From Deltaproteobacteria bacterium (lineage in GTDB: Bacteria > Myxococcota_A > Polyangia > Fen-1088): a stretch of DNA of 64,000 nucleotides. The notes beneath the pieces were generated by a model. That model did no database searches. It had not been told where the DNA came from and was given only the letters and a program-made list of their open reading frames with translations. Positions 18,932-32,015 of this stretch are shown piece after piece; positions within the stretch are counted from its first letter, which is position 1; each line of letters starts with the position of its first letter. The stretch is from contig JANRKS010000007.1 in the NCBI GenBank assembly GCA_033763315.1, positions 64,001 through 128,000 on the forward strand, read 5' to 3'. Position numbers and translations under genes: made by a program.

Positions 18932-21900
18932 CTACTTGCGCTTCGACCGGCGCCGCGCGCCCACGAACAACAAGGCGAAGAACACGCTCAGCCACGCCCC
19001 CGCTTGGGCCCCCTGGGCGCCACGTGAAGCCACGCTGCAGCCACCGCCCGCGATTGAGTAGCGTTTGCTGAAGTCGCATTGACCAATCTCAACGCCTGTG
19101 GAAGTGCACACAACTTGACCAGGGCACGTGTTGCCACCGCTGCCACGGCAACCGGGCACGCAAGCGCCCGCGTTCATGTCACACACCCAACCGCTGTTGG
19201 CGGCGCCGCACATCGCGTCCGTTGTGCAGGCCGGTGACGCAGGCATCATCTCCGGCGGCATCATGACGGGAGGCTCTTTGACGTCAGGGTTGCGCTCCCC
19301 CATGTCGACCGCGCCGTTGTGATTCATGTCTTCGGTGCCATCAGGCATGCCGTCGCCGTCGCTGTCGGGCTTCAGGGGATCTGTTTTTGTCGCAGGATCA
19401 GCGTCAGGCTCGAAGTTCCCCGCGTCCACGTTTGTGCCTGGGGGCGGCGTGACCACACCACTTTCGGTGCCGTCCTTGATGCCGTCGTTGTCGCTGTCGG
19501 GATCGAGCACATTGATCACGCCATCGCCATCGCTGTCCACGAAGGGCATCGGCTCTTTGCCGTCGATGACGCCGTCGTCGTCGCTGTCGGCATCAAGAGG
19601 CTTGCTGCCACCTGCCATTTCTTGCGCGTCGGTCAGTCCGTCGCCATCGCTGTCTTTATTGGGGTCAACCACGTCTGGAACCACCACCACAACAGCCGCA
19701 GACGGATCGCTTGACAACACAGCGTTGCCATCGGGCATCTTCGCTTCCGCCACCAGAGTGTGCATGCCGGGAGCCAAGGCCATCGGCAAGGGGAAGCTGA
19801 ACATACCTGTGCCATCGGCGGTGGTCATGCCCACAGGTGTGCCGTCGACGATGATGGTCACCGTGCTTCCGGGCGCGGCCGTGCCCTTGACCGTGACCGC
19901 AGCGCCATCAACGCCGCTGCTATTGACGGGCGAACTGATGGTTGGTGCCGCAATGTCGCAAGCGAGATCCTGGCAGGTGGCACCCGCGGGGCATTGTGAA
20001 GTGAGCAGACAACGCACGCATGTCCGCAGATCCGTATTGCAAGCCGCTGTGGGGCCAGCGCAGTCAGTGTTGCCCAAGCATCCCGAAACAAGGTTGAAAG
20101 CCACGGACGCACTGGGTGAACTTGTCACTTTGGCCGCATCGGCCCCAAACGAAGCCGTAGCCACCGCTGCGTGATCCCCCACGGTGAGATCGGCCGAAGG
20201 CGTGACCGTCCAATTCCCAGCGCCGTCGGTGGTGGCGACAAGATCGATGGTGCCGTCGATCGATACGTTCACCGTTGATCCTGCGGGGGCCGTGCCGCTA
20301 AACACAGGTCGCAACAGGTTCGTGGTCAAGCCCGCTACAGGGCTGGTGATCGTGGGCGACGCCAAAGCGCACGCATTTGCGACACAAGTGGCGCCCGATG
20401 TGCAATCGGTGTTTGCAAGACACGAAACACACACGCCGCTGTCAAGCTTGCACAGGCGTCCCGAACTGCAATCAGAGTTGACCAAGCAACCACCTGTGAG
20501 CTCGAACGTCACGGGTGCGCTCTGCGGGCTCAACACCTGCGCCGCCCCCGCACCCACCGCCGACTGCGCGGTGACGGTCTGGTTGCCCACGTTCAACACG
20601 ACATTCGAAACAAAAGACCACACGCCATTGTTATCGGCGACGCCGGTGCCCACCACCGTGGCGCCCAAGAACACCGTGACCGTAGCGCCTGGGGTGGCCG
20701 TGCCCTTAAACGTGGGCGTTCCGTTGTTGGTAACGCTGCCACCAATGGGACCCGTGACGACGGGCGCAGCCAACGCGCAAATGTTGGCTGAACACGTGGC
20801 GCCATCAGGGCAGTCGGCATTCGCCAAGCAGCGCAAGCAAACATTCGAGCCGGTGTCGCACACCGGGGCGCCGTCGGGGCATTGCGTGTTGAGCAAGCAA
20901 CCGTTGATAATGGTGAATTGCCGTTGCACGCTCTCTTGGCTGGTGGAAGCCAGAGGATCCACGCCCACCGTGGCGGTGGCCTTGGCTGTGTGCGAGCCCA
21001 ACGAAAGATCGGCCGCGGGTGTGAATGAAAACGCGCCGGCGCCGTCGGCGATCGTAAATCCGCTTAGCACATCATCGATGTACACATTCACCTTCGCGCC
21101 CGGCACCGCCGTGCCCCCAATCTCAGGGCGTAGGCTTCGTGTCTTTTCAGCGGCACTTGGCGACGTAATGACAGGCACCGCCGTGATGCACGTGAACGAA
21201 CCGTCGCAGGTAGATCCACTTGGGCACTGCGCGGTGTCTGTGCAACGAACGCATTGATGCGTGGACGGCAAACAATTGGGTGTGGCACCACTGCAATCGG
21301 TATTGCCAAGACACTGCACGCAAACGTGCGTCACGGTTTCGCACAACGCCGAGGGCGCCACGCAGTCGCCATTGCCCAAACAACCGAGAATCAGCGTGGC
21401 TGTCTTCACTGTGGAGGAAGCTGTCACAGCCAGAACGTCCGCGCCGGTCGAAGACTGCGCCGCGAATGTGTGCACGCCCGTGGTGAGCGGCGAAGGAACG
21501 TCGAACGTCCACGTTCCTTGTGCGGTGACCGTTGCGGTGCCCACGCTCGCGCCGTCAACGAGCACCGACAAGGTCGTGCCGACGGCCGCCGTGCCCGTGA
21601 CCGTGGGCGTGGAATCATTAATGGTCGAACCATCAACGGGGCCTGTGACGGTGGGCTCAGCCAACGCGCACGCATTGCCAAAGCACGTGGCACCCGCGGG
21701 GCAATCGTTGTCTGCCAAGCAGCGCACGCAAGCGTTGTCGCTCGTGCGGCATTTGGGCGAAGCGCCGCCACAATCGGCGTTGATTAAACAACCCGTGATA
21801 AGCGAAAAGCTCACCGTGCTGCTGGCTGGGCTTGCGACTTCAAGCAAGGCCGCGCCCAGCTTGGCAACCGCATAGACCGAATGCGCGCCGGTGGCCAAGG

Positions 21901-23355
21901 CCATGGGCACGGGCAAGGCGAAGGCGCCTACGTTGCTGGCTGCCACAGTGCCGATAAGCCCGCCATCTAAGTACACGGAGACGGACGCATTGGCGACCGC
22001 ACTGCCACTAATCGTGGGTGTGGTGACGTTAAGCGTGCTGCCGTTCACAGGCGCTGCGATCACCGGAGCGGGAACCACGCAGGCATTCGAGACGCACGTG
22101 GCGCCCGTGGGGCAGTTGGCGTCGATCAAACAACGCGCACACGCACCTGTGCCAACGATGCAGTAAGGCGACGAGCCACTGCAATCGGTGTTAAGCAAAC
22201 ATCCGGAGCTCACGGTGAACGTGTTCACAACGCTCGATGCGCTTGTCACCGCCAAGCCCCCTGATCCTACGCTGGCCGTCGCCGCCACCGTGTGGCTGCC
22301 CAGCGCCAAAGCCATGTTCAACGTGAAAGTCCACGCGCCCCCCGCCGTTGCGGTGGTGGTGCCCACAGTCGCGCCATCGATCTTGACGGTGACGGTGCTA
22401 TTGGCCACCGCCGTGCCTGCGAGTGGTGGCGATGTCAGATTTGTTTGCGAGCCGTTGGCCGGTGTGACCACGGCTGGCGCGGTTAAGACGCAGCTATTCG
22501 ACGAACAGGACGCACCGGTGGGGCAATCGCTGGCCGAGGTGCAGCGCACACATGTGCCCGACGTGGCGTTGCAGGCGGGCGTGTTGCCTGAACAAGCCGT
22601 GCACGAAGCACCGCAGGCGGCCGCGACTGAACACGACGTGCAGCTGCTGGCGCTGCAAACAACGGGTTCACTGGCCACGTCGCTAAATACGAAACCCGAG
22701 CCGTTGACCCCCGCGGGATCCGCATCAATCTGATGAGCGTTGTTTGAGGTGCCACAGGCCATACGCAGGACGGTTGAAGCCGCAATCGCTGGCGCACCGC
22801 TGCCCCCCGATCGGATGATCGACAGCGGAATATACCAATCGAGAAAGTAGTCCGTGTTGCCACCAAACGTTGTATTCGCGGTAAGCGCACGCGCATGAGT
22901 TGTGGCAGCGTAGCCTCCGACGGTGACTTCGGAGCTATCGTTTAAAGCGCCCCCACCGGCATACACCTGGTTCCAGCGATACTGGACTTCGTCGGGGTTA
23001 TTTATGCCATCGACGACACTCATGAACTCGTATCCGTTGGTGTTGCCGTCGGTATCAATCACGCAGCCCCAACCGAAGGGTTTGAAAGTTCCATCGTTCT
23101 TGCGCACGTCGCCGTCGATGCGCAAACGAAAGAACAAATTCGTCGCGTCCTGGTACACATAAGACACGGGATTTGTGCCATCGCCCACCAAATCGCGTTC
23201 CCCTGAACCGCCTTGCGCGTCGCCAAGCACGTCACCAATCGCGGCGCCACTTTTCTTGAGCGACAACCACTGAGCGTCTGTGGGCCACGTTTGCGCCGCC
23301 GCCGTGGAAGCGAACAGCAAAGTGAAGGCCGACGCTACTGCAATAAGGAGGTTCT

Positions 23356-23359
<4 letters not shown>
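18932..23359 (-). CDS. Large surface protein: N-terminal globular domain, 7 Ig-like (Big-type) repeats alternating with Cys-rich modules, TSP3-like Asp-rich repeats, MYXO-CTERM-like tail
   Basis: Signal peptide; repeats xPxxxxPxxG..TPTxxGTA; CxxxxDC..CVRC modules; DSDGDG/DSDDDG/DSDNDG; GGGCSVAS..TM..RRRSKRK end. Confidence 0.88.
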
Positions 23360-25170
<1,811 letters not shown>

Positions 25171-25222
25171 CTGCGGTTTGACGCGGTTTCTTAAGGTGTC
25201 AAAGACGAACCGATTCAGGCGC

Positions 25223-25714
25223 TTAGGGCACGCAAAAACTTCGCGGCAGATGGAAGCGAAAGGCGAAGCGGCCCATCATGATCATGTCGCCCGCGACGAG
25301 CTTATGCGCTTGGCCTGGGACCAAGCGGCTCCCGTTGACTTCGGTCCCGTTGGTTGACCCCACATCTCGCAAACTGATGTGCCCCGCTTCCAGCAAGAAC
25401 TCACAGTGCCGCTTGGAGATCGAATATTCAGGGATTGCCACGTCGTTTTGCGCGTCTCGACCGACCGTCACGTTGGTACCGCCCCGGCCGTTTGTTGCTA
25501 GGAAGAAGACGCGACCAACAAGGGAGTTCACCTCCAAAACGTCGGCGTTTGGCACAGCCACGGTGGTGGCCTCAGCACTCACATGTGCATCCAACTGCCC
25601 CGCCAAACCGAGGAACACCAAAAAGGGATCGGGATAAAGCTTTTCGTAAGACGCACGTCCTTGCTTCTTCAGTGTCTCTTTGAGTTGGCTCTCGTAAACC
25701 CGCTGGCTGGCCAT
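25223..25714 (-). CDS. FHA-domain protein
   Basis: VTVGRDAQNDV..SISKRHC..DVGSTNGTEVNG. Confidence 0.88.
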   Translation of the reverse strand: MASQRVYESQLKETLKKQGRASYEKLYPDPFLVFLGLAGQLDAHVSAEATTVAVPNADVLEVNSLVGRVFFLATNGRGGTNVTVGRDAQNDVAIPEYSISKRHCEFLLEAGHISLRDVGSTNGTEVNGSRLVPGQAHKLVAGDMIMMGRFAFRFHLPRSFCVP

Positions 25715-25787
25715 GAGATCTGTTCCTGCCCGTGATTGACATCGGCAGGTTCTGCCGAGACCTAACCGCGGCGCCTGCCCCGTTGCG

Positions 25788-25803
25788 TGGCACGGGCTTG
25801 GCA
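25788..25803 (+). promoter_or_regulatory. Sigma-54 (-24/-12) promoter candidate for helicase-DUF790 operon
   Basis: TGGCACGGGCTTGGCA: GG-N10-GC with perfect TGGCAC, one mismatch in the -12 element. Confidence 0.6.
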
Positions 25804-25815
25804 GTAACGAGGCAC

Positions 25816-27189
25816 ATGCAACTTATTTTCGATCGGGGGACGCTTGTGCTGCGGGCGGTGCCCTCAGAGCTTGATGTGGGCGCCCTGCCTGGGGTTTGTT
25901 GGGACGAACGGGTGCAACTGTGGCGCGCGCCCGGCCGAGTCGCGTATTCACTGATGGCGGCGCTCAAACGCCGCGGTGTCCACGTGACGGACGGTGTTCG
26001 TCCAAAACTTGCACCACCATCCGCGTTCCGGACAATCAGCCTGCGCGACTACCAAAGCGCGGCCCTGCACGCTTGGCGTTCAGCTGGCCGTCGAGGTGTG
26101 CTGGCCCTGCCCACGGGCGCGGGCAAAACACACATCGCTTTGGCGGTCATGGCGGCAACCGCCGCTCCCGCTTTGTGTTTGGTACCCACGCGGGCGTTGC
26201 TCGGCCAATGGATGACAGCCATTCGTGAGGTCTACGGGGGTCCCGTGGGTTGTTTGGGCGATGGTGAACATCACCTTCAACCTGTCACCGTGGCCACCTT
26301 CGCCAGCGCGCACCGCCACATGCAGTCGGTTGGCGACAAATTCGGTTTGCTCGTGGTCGACGAGGCGCACCACTTCGGCAACAGCCGGTTTGACGAAGCG
26401 CTGCAGATGTCAATCGCACCCCTGCGCTTGGGTTTGACGGCGACACCACCGCAAGATGTTGAAGCGATGGATGCCTTGGCAAGGCTTGTGGGGCCTGTGG
26501 TGTTTGAGGTGGCCGTGGCCGATCTGCTGGGCACAAGCCTCGCGCCCTTCGAACGGATCACGTTGCGGCTGTGGCTTGATCCCGACGAGCAAACGGCGCT
26601 GGATGATCTGAGCCAGATTTACCGCCAGGCGTTTGCCACGTTCCAGGCGACGCACCCCCGCGGCGAATGGAAAGACTTCGTGGCCATGGCAGGGCACACC
26701 GACGAGGGTCGTCGCGCTTTGGCGGCGTGGCGGCGCACACGACGTTTGCTGGCGTTTCCGCGGTGCAAACAGCGCGCGCTGGCCAGCTTGCTGGCGCAGG
26801 CCAGAGACCGGCGAACGCTGGTGTTTGTGGGCGACAACGAGACAGCGTATGCGGTGGCGCGCGAACATTTGATCATGCCTTTGACGTGCGACATCGGACG
26901 CACCGAACGCGAGGATGTGTTGCAACGCTTTCGTGATGGGCGTTTACGGGCCCTTGTGTCAGCGCAAGTGTTAAACGAAGGGCTCGACGTTCCCGACGCC
27001 GATGTGGGCATCGTGGTCGCGGGGCGCTGCGGGACGCGCGAGCACACGCAACGTGTGGGGCGTTTGCTGCGGCCTCGACCGGGCAAACACGCTCGTGTGT
27101 ATGAACTTGTGGTGCAGCGGTCCAACGAAGTCCGCCAAGCCAACTTGCGATGGAGCCGCCTTGTTACCCGAAGCCGATCTGCCGCTTAG
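25816..27189 (+). CDS. XPB/Rad25-like SF2 DEAH helicase
   Basis: LRDYQ, LPTGAGKT, VVDEAHH, LTATP, LNEGLDVPDA, QRVGRLLR; N-terminal WDERVQLWRAP. Confidence 0.9.
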   Translation: MQLIFDRGTLVLRAVPSELDVGALPGVCWDERVQLWRAPGRVAYSLMAALKRRGVHVTDGVRPKLAPPSAFRTISLRDYQSAALHAWRSAGRRGVLALPTGAGKTHIALAVMAATAAPALCLVPTRALLGQWMTAIREVYGGPVGCLGDGEHHLQPVTVATFASAHRHMQSVGDKFGLLVVDEAHHFGNSRFDEALQMSIAPLRLGLTATPPQDVEAMDALARLVGPVVFEVAVADLLGTSLAPFERITLRLWLDPDEQTALDDLSQIYRQAFATFQATHPRGEWKDFVAMAGHTDEGRRALAAWRRTRRLLAFPRCKQRALASLLAQARDRRTLVFVGDNETAYAVAREHLIMPLTCDIGRTEREDVLQRFRDGRLRALVSAQVLNEGLDVPDADVGIVVAGRCGTREHTQRVGRLLRPRPGKHARVYELVVQRSNEVRQANLRWSRLVTRSRSAA

Positions 27190-28351
27190 AGTCGTGGCTG
27201 GCGCCGCGTATTTCGACTTCCTCGGCCCCCCCGATGAGCCCTGGCTTGCACGGCTCATCGATGAATCGATGCGCTTCGAGGGGCACCCGCGCCGCATGTT
27301 GGCCGAACGCCTGGCGGAGCCCCTTGCGTTCGTGGCGCCCCACTTCAAACGACGCGCGGCAAGTCGTGTGCTTCTGCGTCTGTGGAGATCGGAGGCCGTG
27401 TCTGGCATCAAGCCTATCGTTTTACGTCAGGCGGTGTTCGAAGCCGCAAGCGCCGAGCCGGCGCGAAGCCGTCCGCAAACCCTGGCCGCCGTGGCCGAAC
27501 GCTTACGTTGCCCGGTCCCCGAGATCGAGCGCAATCTGTTTGCAGACTTGCCCGCAGAGCGCGCCTTGAGGGCACCAACGCCGCCACCCACGGCGGCGGC
27601 GCTTGCACTGGCCACAAACCTCGCCATCGCTCAAGCGGCGCTGATGCGATCATGCACAGTGACCATCCATGTGGAGGGGAACACACGTCCGATCGTACGT
27701 CTGGCGAAATGGCGCGGGCTCATTTGTGTGCTGGGCGAGCCCCAACAAGTAAGAGGTGCGACGCTGGAGATCTCGGGCCCCTTCGCGCTGTTTAAGCACA
27801 CGCTGCTCTATGGCCGGGCGCTTGCCGAAGTGTTGCCTCATCTTACGTGGTGCCCACGCTTTGCACTGCGTGCTTCCTGCCAGTTGCGCGGCCGCCTGCT
27901 GGACGTGGCGCTCGACAATGAATCGCCCATCTTTCCGGCGCAACCACCCACCCCATTCGACAGCCAATTGGAACAAAAATTCGCCGACGACCTCTCTCGG
28001 CGCGCGCTCGATTGGGATCTCGTGCGCGAGCCGGAGCCTTTGGCGGCGGCCGGAACCCTCATTTTCCCCGACTTTCTCTTGCGCCACCGCATTCACACGC
28101 ACAAACGTGTGTTCGTCGAGATCATTGGCTTCTGGACGCCGGAATACCTCACAAAAAAGCTGGCCCACCTACGCGCGTGCGGCGTCACCAACATGATTCT
28201 TTGCTTGGACGAATCCCGGTTGTGCGCCGAAGAGGATCTGCCACCGGGCGCACCCGTGGTTCGGTTTCGGCGTCGCATCGATGTCGACGCCGTTATGGTG
28301 CAGGTGACCCGGCTCACCGCGAGCGGAACCGTGACCCCGAATATTCGCTAA
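27161..28351 (+). CDS. DUF790 family (Bax1-like) PD-(D/E)XK nuclease
   Basis: NLFADLP, NLAIAQAAL, ISGPFALF..YG, FDSQLEQKF, REPEPL..IFPDF, VEIIGFWTPEYLTKKL; TTG start after GGAG, overlapping the helicase end. Confidence 0.85.
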   Translation: MLPEADLPLRVVAGAAYFDFLGPPDEPWLARLIDESMRFEGHPRRMLAERLAEPLAFVAPHFKRRAASRVLLRLWRSEAVSGIKPIVLRQAVFEAASAEPARSRPQTLAAVAERLRCPVPEIERNLFADLPAERALRAPTPPPTAAALALATNLAIAQAALMRSCTVTIHVEGNTRPIVRLAKWRGLICVLGEPQQVRGATLEISGPFALFKHTLLYGRALAEVLPHLTWCPRFALRASCQLRGRLLDVALDNESPIFPAQPPTPFDSQLEQKFADDLSRRALDWDLVREPEPLAAAGTLIFPDFLLRHRIHTHKRVFVEIIGFWTPEYLTKKLAHLRACGVTNMILCLDESRLCAEEDLPPGAPVVRFRRRIDVDAVMVQVTRLTASGTVTPNIR

Positions 28352-29211
28352 ATTTTGCGGCTGACGATGACGTCTTGGTAGTGCCCAAAGAGGTTTCGTG
28401 TTTGTCCTCCACGCCAGTGACCGCGTTCGATGGACACAATCTGCAGGCCTGCACGCGCGTGGGCTTCCATGATGAATGGCAGCTTGTAAGCGGTGCACAC
28501 GAGCGGGTTCTCTCTCGAATAAGTAAGGTACTGCCCCGCATCGACGGGCAACTGTCGGTCGGCGGCGCCACTGGCCAGCGCCAAGCAGCTATGGGCGTCC
28601 ACGATCAGCCACGTGTTCACGGCCCTGCCGTGCGGTGACAGCGATGACGCCACAAACGCCAGCGCGTGTTCCACAGCTTGCGGCGTCAGGTGTGTGAAGA
28701 AGCTTGAAGACCACTGCAGATCGGCCGTAAACGAAACAGGCAAACGAAAATCGCATTCGGTACCGTCGCTTTGCGCCCACGTCGTCGCCGTATTTTTGCG
28801 ATCGGCGCCAAAGTTGCCGACGTAGTCGGCGCTCTTGGCCGCCTCGTGAAGGTGAAACAAACACTCGGGCCGCTGGTGGTAGGCCTGGCGAAGCCAAGCG
28901 ATCGCGTCGGTGCGGATGTCGATGCCCACATAACCCAACTCGTTCGAGACGTTGCTCTGCAGTGGGCGCACGGCCTCGCGAAGCGCCGCGTAGGCAAAAG
29001 CCATCGGGCCAAGCCCGCAGCCGATGTCCAAGATCCTTGGAACCGGGCCCAATAAGAATTGGCCATCCAACACTTCCAGACACCTGGGCAAAAAATTCCC
29101 AAGGTAGTCAGAGGCAAATTCTTCCTTGTATGCCGCCTCATTCGTCTCGGCCGTGTTGTAGTTGATCGATAGCGGTGGGATCAGCGTCTGCAGTACGCTC
29201 TTGATGTTCAT
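28348..29211 (-). CDS. Class I SAM-dependent methyltransferase
   Basis: RILDIGCGLG, YVGIDI, SFFTHL. Confidence 0.85.
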   Translation of the reverse strand: MNIKSVLQTLIPPLSINYNTAETNEAAYKEEFASDYLGNFLPRCLEVLDGQFLLGPVPRILDIGCGLGPMAFAYAALREAVRPLQSNVSNELGYVGIDIRTDAIAWLRQAYHQRPECLFHLHEAAKSADYVGNFGADRKNTATTWAQSDGTECDFRLPVSFTADLQWSSSFFTHLTPQAVEHALAFVASSLSPHGRAVNTWLIVDAHSCLALASGAADRQLPVDAGQYLTYSRENPLVCTAYKLPFIMEAHARAGLQIVSIERGHWRGGQTRNLFGHYQDVIVSRKI

Positions 29212-29370
29212 GGGCCAGGCTCCGTGCTCACGGTAACACGGCCCACGCAAATGCACACCCGAGGCCAGCTTGGCTTAGGCGAAAGCGCGGCTTTTGGCGG
29301 GTGCATTGCTGATTTAACCTTTCGGGCGAGACGTGCGATGATGCCAAGGGGTAGCAAATCGGCAGGCAAC

Positions 29371-29931
29371 ATGGTGGCGCAACCAATCGCAGTGGGTGAA
29401 CGTCTCGAGGGACACAACGTTTCCCTTCGCTTGGTCACGCTCGATGATTGCACGCAACGCTATTGCGACTGGTTAAATGACCCCCTGGTGAACCAATACT
29501 TGGAAACGCGTTGGGCACGCCAAAGCATCGAGCAGATTGAATCATACGTGTCTGCCATGCTGGCCAGCCCCGCCCATCAACTGTTCGCCATCATTGAGAA
29601 CGACACGGACCAGCATGTGGGCAACCTGCACATCGGTCCCATCAACGCTGTTCACCAGCACGCGGACCTGAGTTACTTCATCGGAGAACGGCGCGTGTGG
29701 GGGCGCGGCTACGCCAGCGAAGCCATCGGCCTGGCTGTGACAAACGCGTTCTGCCGCCTCGGTCTTCATCGTTTGGAGGCCGGCGTTTACGACGGCAACG
29801 ACGCCAGCGCGCGCGCTTTGTTGAAAAACGGTTTCGTGTACGAGGGGCGCGCCGTGAAGCGCTACCGCTTGAACACGGATGGCCCCTGGGTTGATCGTTT
29901 GCTTTACGGATTGGTGAACAAAGAATCATGA
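29371..29931 (+). CDS. GNAT acetyltransferase (RimJ/RimL-like)
   Basis: YCDWLNDPLVNQYLE, HVGNL, IGERRVWGRGYASEA, NDASARALLKNGF; start uncertain. Confidence 0.88.
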   Translation: MVAQPIAVGERLEGHNVSLRLVTLDDCTQRYCDWLNDPLVNQYLETRWARQSIEQIESYVSAMLASPAHQLFAIIENDTDQHVGNLHIGPINAVHQHADLSYFIGERRVWGRGYASEAIGLAVTNAFCRLGLHRLEAGVYDGNDASARALLKNGFVYEGRAVKRYRLNTDGPWVDRLLYGLVNKES

Positions 29932-32009
29932 TCATCGCTGTTGTACAGGCTCGTGCCAGTTCATCGCGTTTGCCCGGCAAGGTATTGCTGCCGCTGGCCG
30001 GCGCCCCTATGTTGCAACGCCAACTCGAGCGCATCTTGCGCGCCAAAACGTTGGATAAGGTGGTCGTGGCCACCAGCACCTTGGTGGCGGACGATGAAGT
30101 GCAAGTTGTTGCAGAGACGCTTGGCCTGCCAGTGTTTCGCGGCAGCCTAGACGACGTGTTGGATCGGTTCTACCAAGCAGCGGCCCAACACAGCCCGCAA
30201 CACGTCGTTCGTCTCACGGGGGATTGCCCGCTCACCGATCCCCACCTCATTGATGAGATGGTCGCCGCGCACCTTTCGACCCATAGTGATGTGACATCGA
30301 ACGCCGTTGAGCGGACCTACCCTGACGGTCTTGACATCGAAATCGCCACATTCGCGGCCCTCAAAGCGGCCTGGCAGCAGGCAACGAAACCGAGCGATCG
30401 CGAACATGTGATGCCGTTTCTATATGCGCACCCCGAAAATTTCCGCGTCCACCATCACCGCGCCAGCGTGGATCGATCGGCGCTGCGTTGGACCGTCGAT
30501 GAGCGTGACGACTACGCATTCGTGGCTGCCATATACGATGCGCTTTTTCCGCACAACCCTACGTTCGGCACCGCCGACGTTCTGGATCTGCTGAGCAAGG
30601 ACGAGCGCCTTGCGGGACTCAATGCAGGTCACAACGCCAATGAAGGCCTAGCCCGATCGCTGGCCCGCGACGCGCTTACGCACACATCGCCACGCTCGAT
30701 CGCCAAAGGCTTCGCCCTGCAAGAACGCGCCAAACACCGCATTCCGGGGCTCAGCCAACTGCTGTCCAAGCGGCCAGATATGTTTTCTTATGGCGTTTGG
30801 CCTGGATACTATAAGCGCGCGTCAGGCACCACCATCTGGGATCTCGACGACAACCAGTTCCTGGACATGAGCATTGCGGGGATCGGCGCGAATGTGCTGG
30901 GCTATGCGGATCCGGACGTCGATGAAGCGGTGAAGGCGGCGATCACCAATGGCAGCAGCTCCAGCTTGAACTGTGAAGAGGAGGTGGAGCTTGCCGACCT
31001 ACTGTGCGAAATGCATCCCTTTGCAGACATGGTTCGCTATGCCCGATCGGGCGGTGAATCCATGGCGATCGCCGTACGGATTGCACGCGCCCACACCAAA
31101 CGCGACAAGATTGCCTTTTGCGGATACCACGGATGGCACGATTGGTACTTGGCCGCCAACGTGGGCACTGAGAACGCGTTAGGCGAGCATTTGATTCCGG
31201 GGCTCGATCCGCGCGGCGTGCCGCAGGCCTTGGCAGGCACGGCCTTGCCCTTTCGCTACAACCATCTGGAAGAACTCGACGCGATCTTGGCCAAGAACAA
31301 AGGCGAACTGGCCGCCATCGTGATGGAGCCCATTCGCGGCGAGCAACCGGCGCCGGGCTTCTTGGAAGGTGTTAAAGACCGCGCGCTGTCGGCGGGTGCC
31401 GTGCTTATTTTCGATGAGATTTCATCTGGCTTTCGACTCGCGTCGGCGGGCGCGCACACTCTGTTCGGCGTGCCCCCCGACATCGCGGTGTTCTCCAAAG
31501 CCATGGGCAATGGCTACCCCATCGCAGCGGTGATCGGCAGCGCGCGCGTGATGGAAAGCGCGCAAGCCTCGTTTATCAGTAGCACCTGTTGGACGGAAAG
31601 GGTTGGCCCGGCGGCGGCGTTGGCAACTTTAAAAAAGCATCGCAAGCTCGATGTTTCGAAGAAGCTTGTCGAACTAGGCTCACGCATGCAGGACGGATGG
31701 GCGTTCGCCGCCAGTCGCGTTGGGCTTGCCATCCACGTCAGCGGAATCCCGCCGCTGTCACATTTCGCGTTTGACGGCCCCTCCCCGCAGGAAAAGAAGG
31801 CGCTGTTTATTCAACTCATGTTGGACCAAGGCATTTTGGCTTCAACACTCTATTACCCCATGTGGGCACAAACCACAGCGGATGTAGATCGCTATCTGGC
31901 GGCGGCACGCGATGCGTTTGGTGTGGTGGCGGGTGCAGCCGCAGAGGGAACATTGATGAAGGTCTTGCGGGGACGTCCGTCAACAAGTGGATTCCGCCGG
32001 CTGGCGTAA
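29928..32009 (+). CDS. Fusion of SpsF-like cytidylyltransferase and class III (GSA-aminomutase-like) PLP aminotransferase
   Basis: N-half QARASSSRLPGKVL, GSLDDVLDRF, RLTGDCP, REHV; C-half GYHGWHDW, FDEISSGFR, FSKAMGNG. Confidence 0.88.
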   Translation: MIIAVVQARASSSRLPGKVLLPLAGAPMLQRQLERILRAKTLDKVVVATSTLVADDEVQVVAETLGLPVFRGSLDDVLDRFYQAAAQHSPQHVVRLTGDCPLTDPHLIDEMVAAHLSTHSDVTSNAVERTYPDGLDIEIATFAALKAAWQQATKPSDREHVMPFLYAHPENFRVHHHRASVDRSALRWTVDERDDYAFVAAIYDALFPHNPTFGTADVLDLLSKDERLAGLNAGHNANEGLARSLARDALTHTSPRSIAKGFALQERAKHRIPGLSQLLSKRPDMFSYGVWPGYYKRASGTTIWDLDDNQFLDMSIAGIGANVLGYADPDVDEAVKAAITNGSSSSLNCEEEVELADLLCEMHPFADMVRYARSGGESMAIAVRIARAHTKRDKIAFCGYHGWHDWYLAANVGTENALGEHLIPGLDPRGVPQALAGTALPFRYNHLEELDAILAKNKGELAAIVMEPIRGEQPAPGFLEGVKDRALSAGAVLIFDEISSGFRLASAGAHTLFGVPPDIAVFSKAMGNGYPIAAVIGSARVMESAQASFISSTCWTERVGPAAALATLKKHRKLDVSKKLVELGSRMQDGWAFAASRVGLAIHVSGIPPLSHFAFDGPSPQEKKALFIQLMLDQGILASTLYYPMWAQTTADVDRYLAAARDAFGVVAGAAAEGTLMKVLRGRPSTSGFRRLA

Positions 32010-32015
32010 ACAAGC

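Noticed and set aside
18459-19079. Short ORFs overlapping the 18.6-18.9 kb intergenic region
   Set aside because: No RBS or recognisable motif; they cross a terminator and hairpins in several frames
19319-22733. Long plus-strand ORFs (282, 357, 204, 181 aa) opposite the large surface protein
   Set aside because: Antisense shadows of a GC-rich repetitive gene
25223-25260. Possible truncation of the FHA gene C-terminus
   Set aside because: The FHA core is complete and there is no visible insertion scar; cannot be supported without alignment
27002-27160. Frameshift fusion or long N-terminus for DUF790
   Set aside because: A TTG start with GGAG at 27161 explains the overlap; no slippery site seen
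29928-32009. Calling the fusion hemL (tetrapyrrole synthesis)
   Set aside because: Fused to an SpsF-like domain and flanked by GNAT/AKR rather than hem genes
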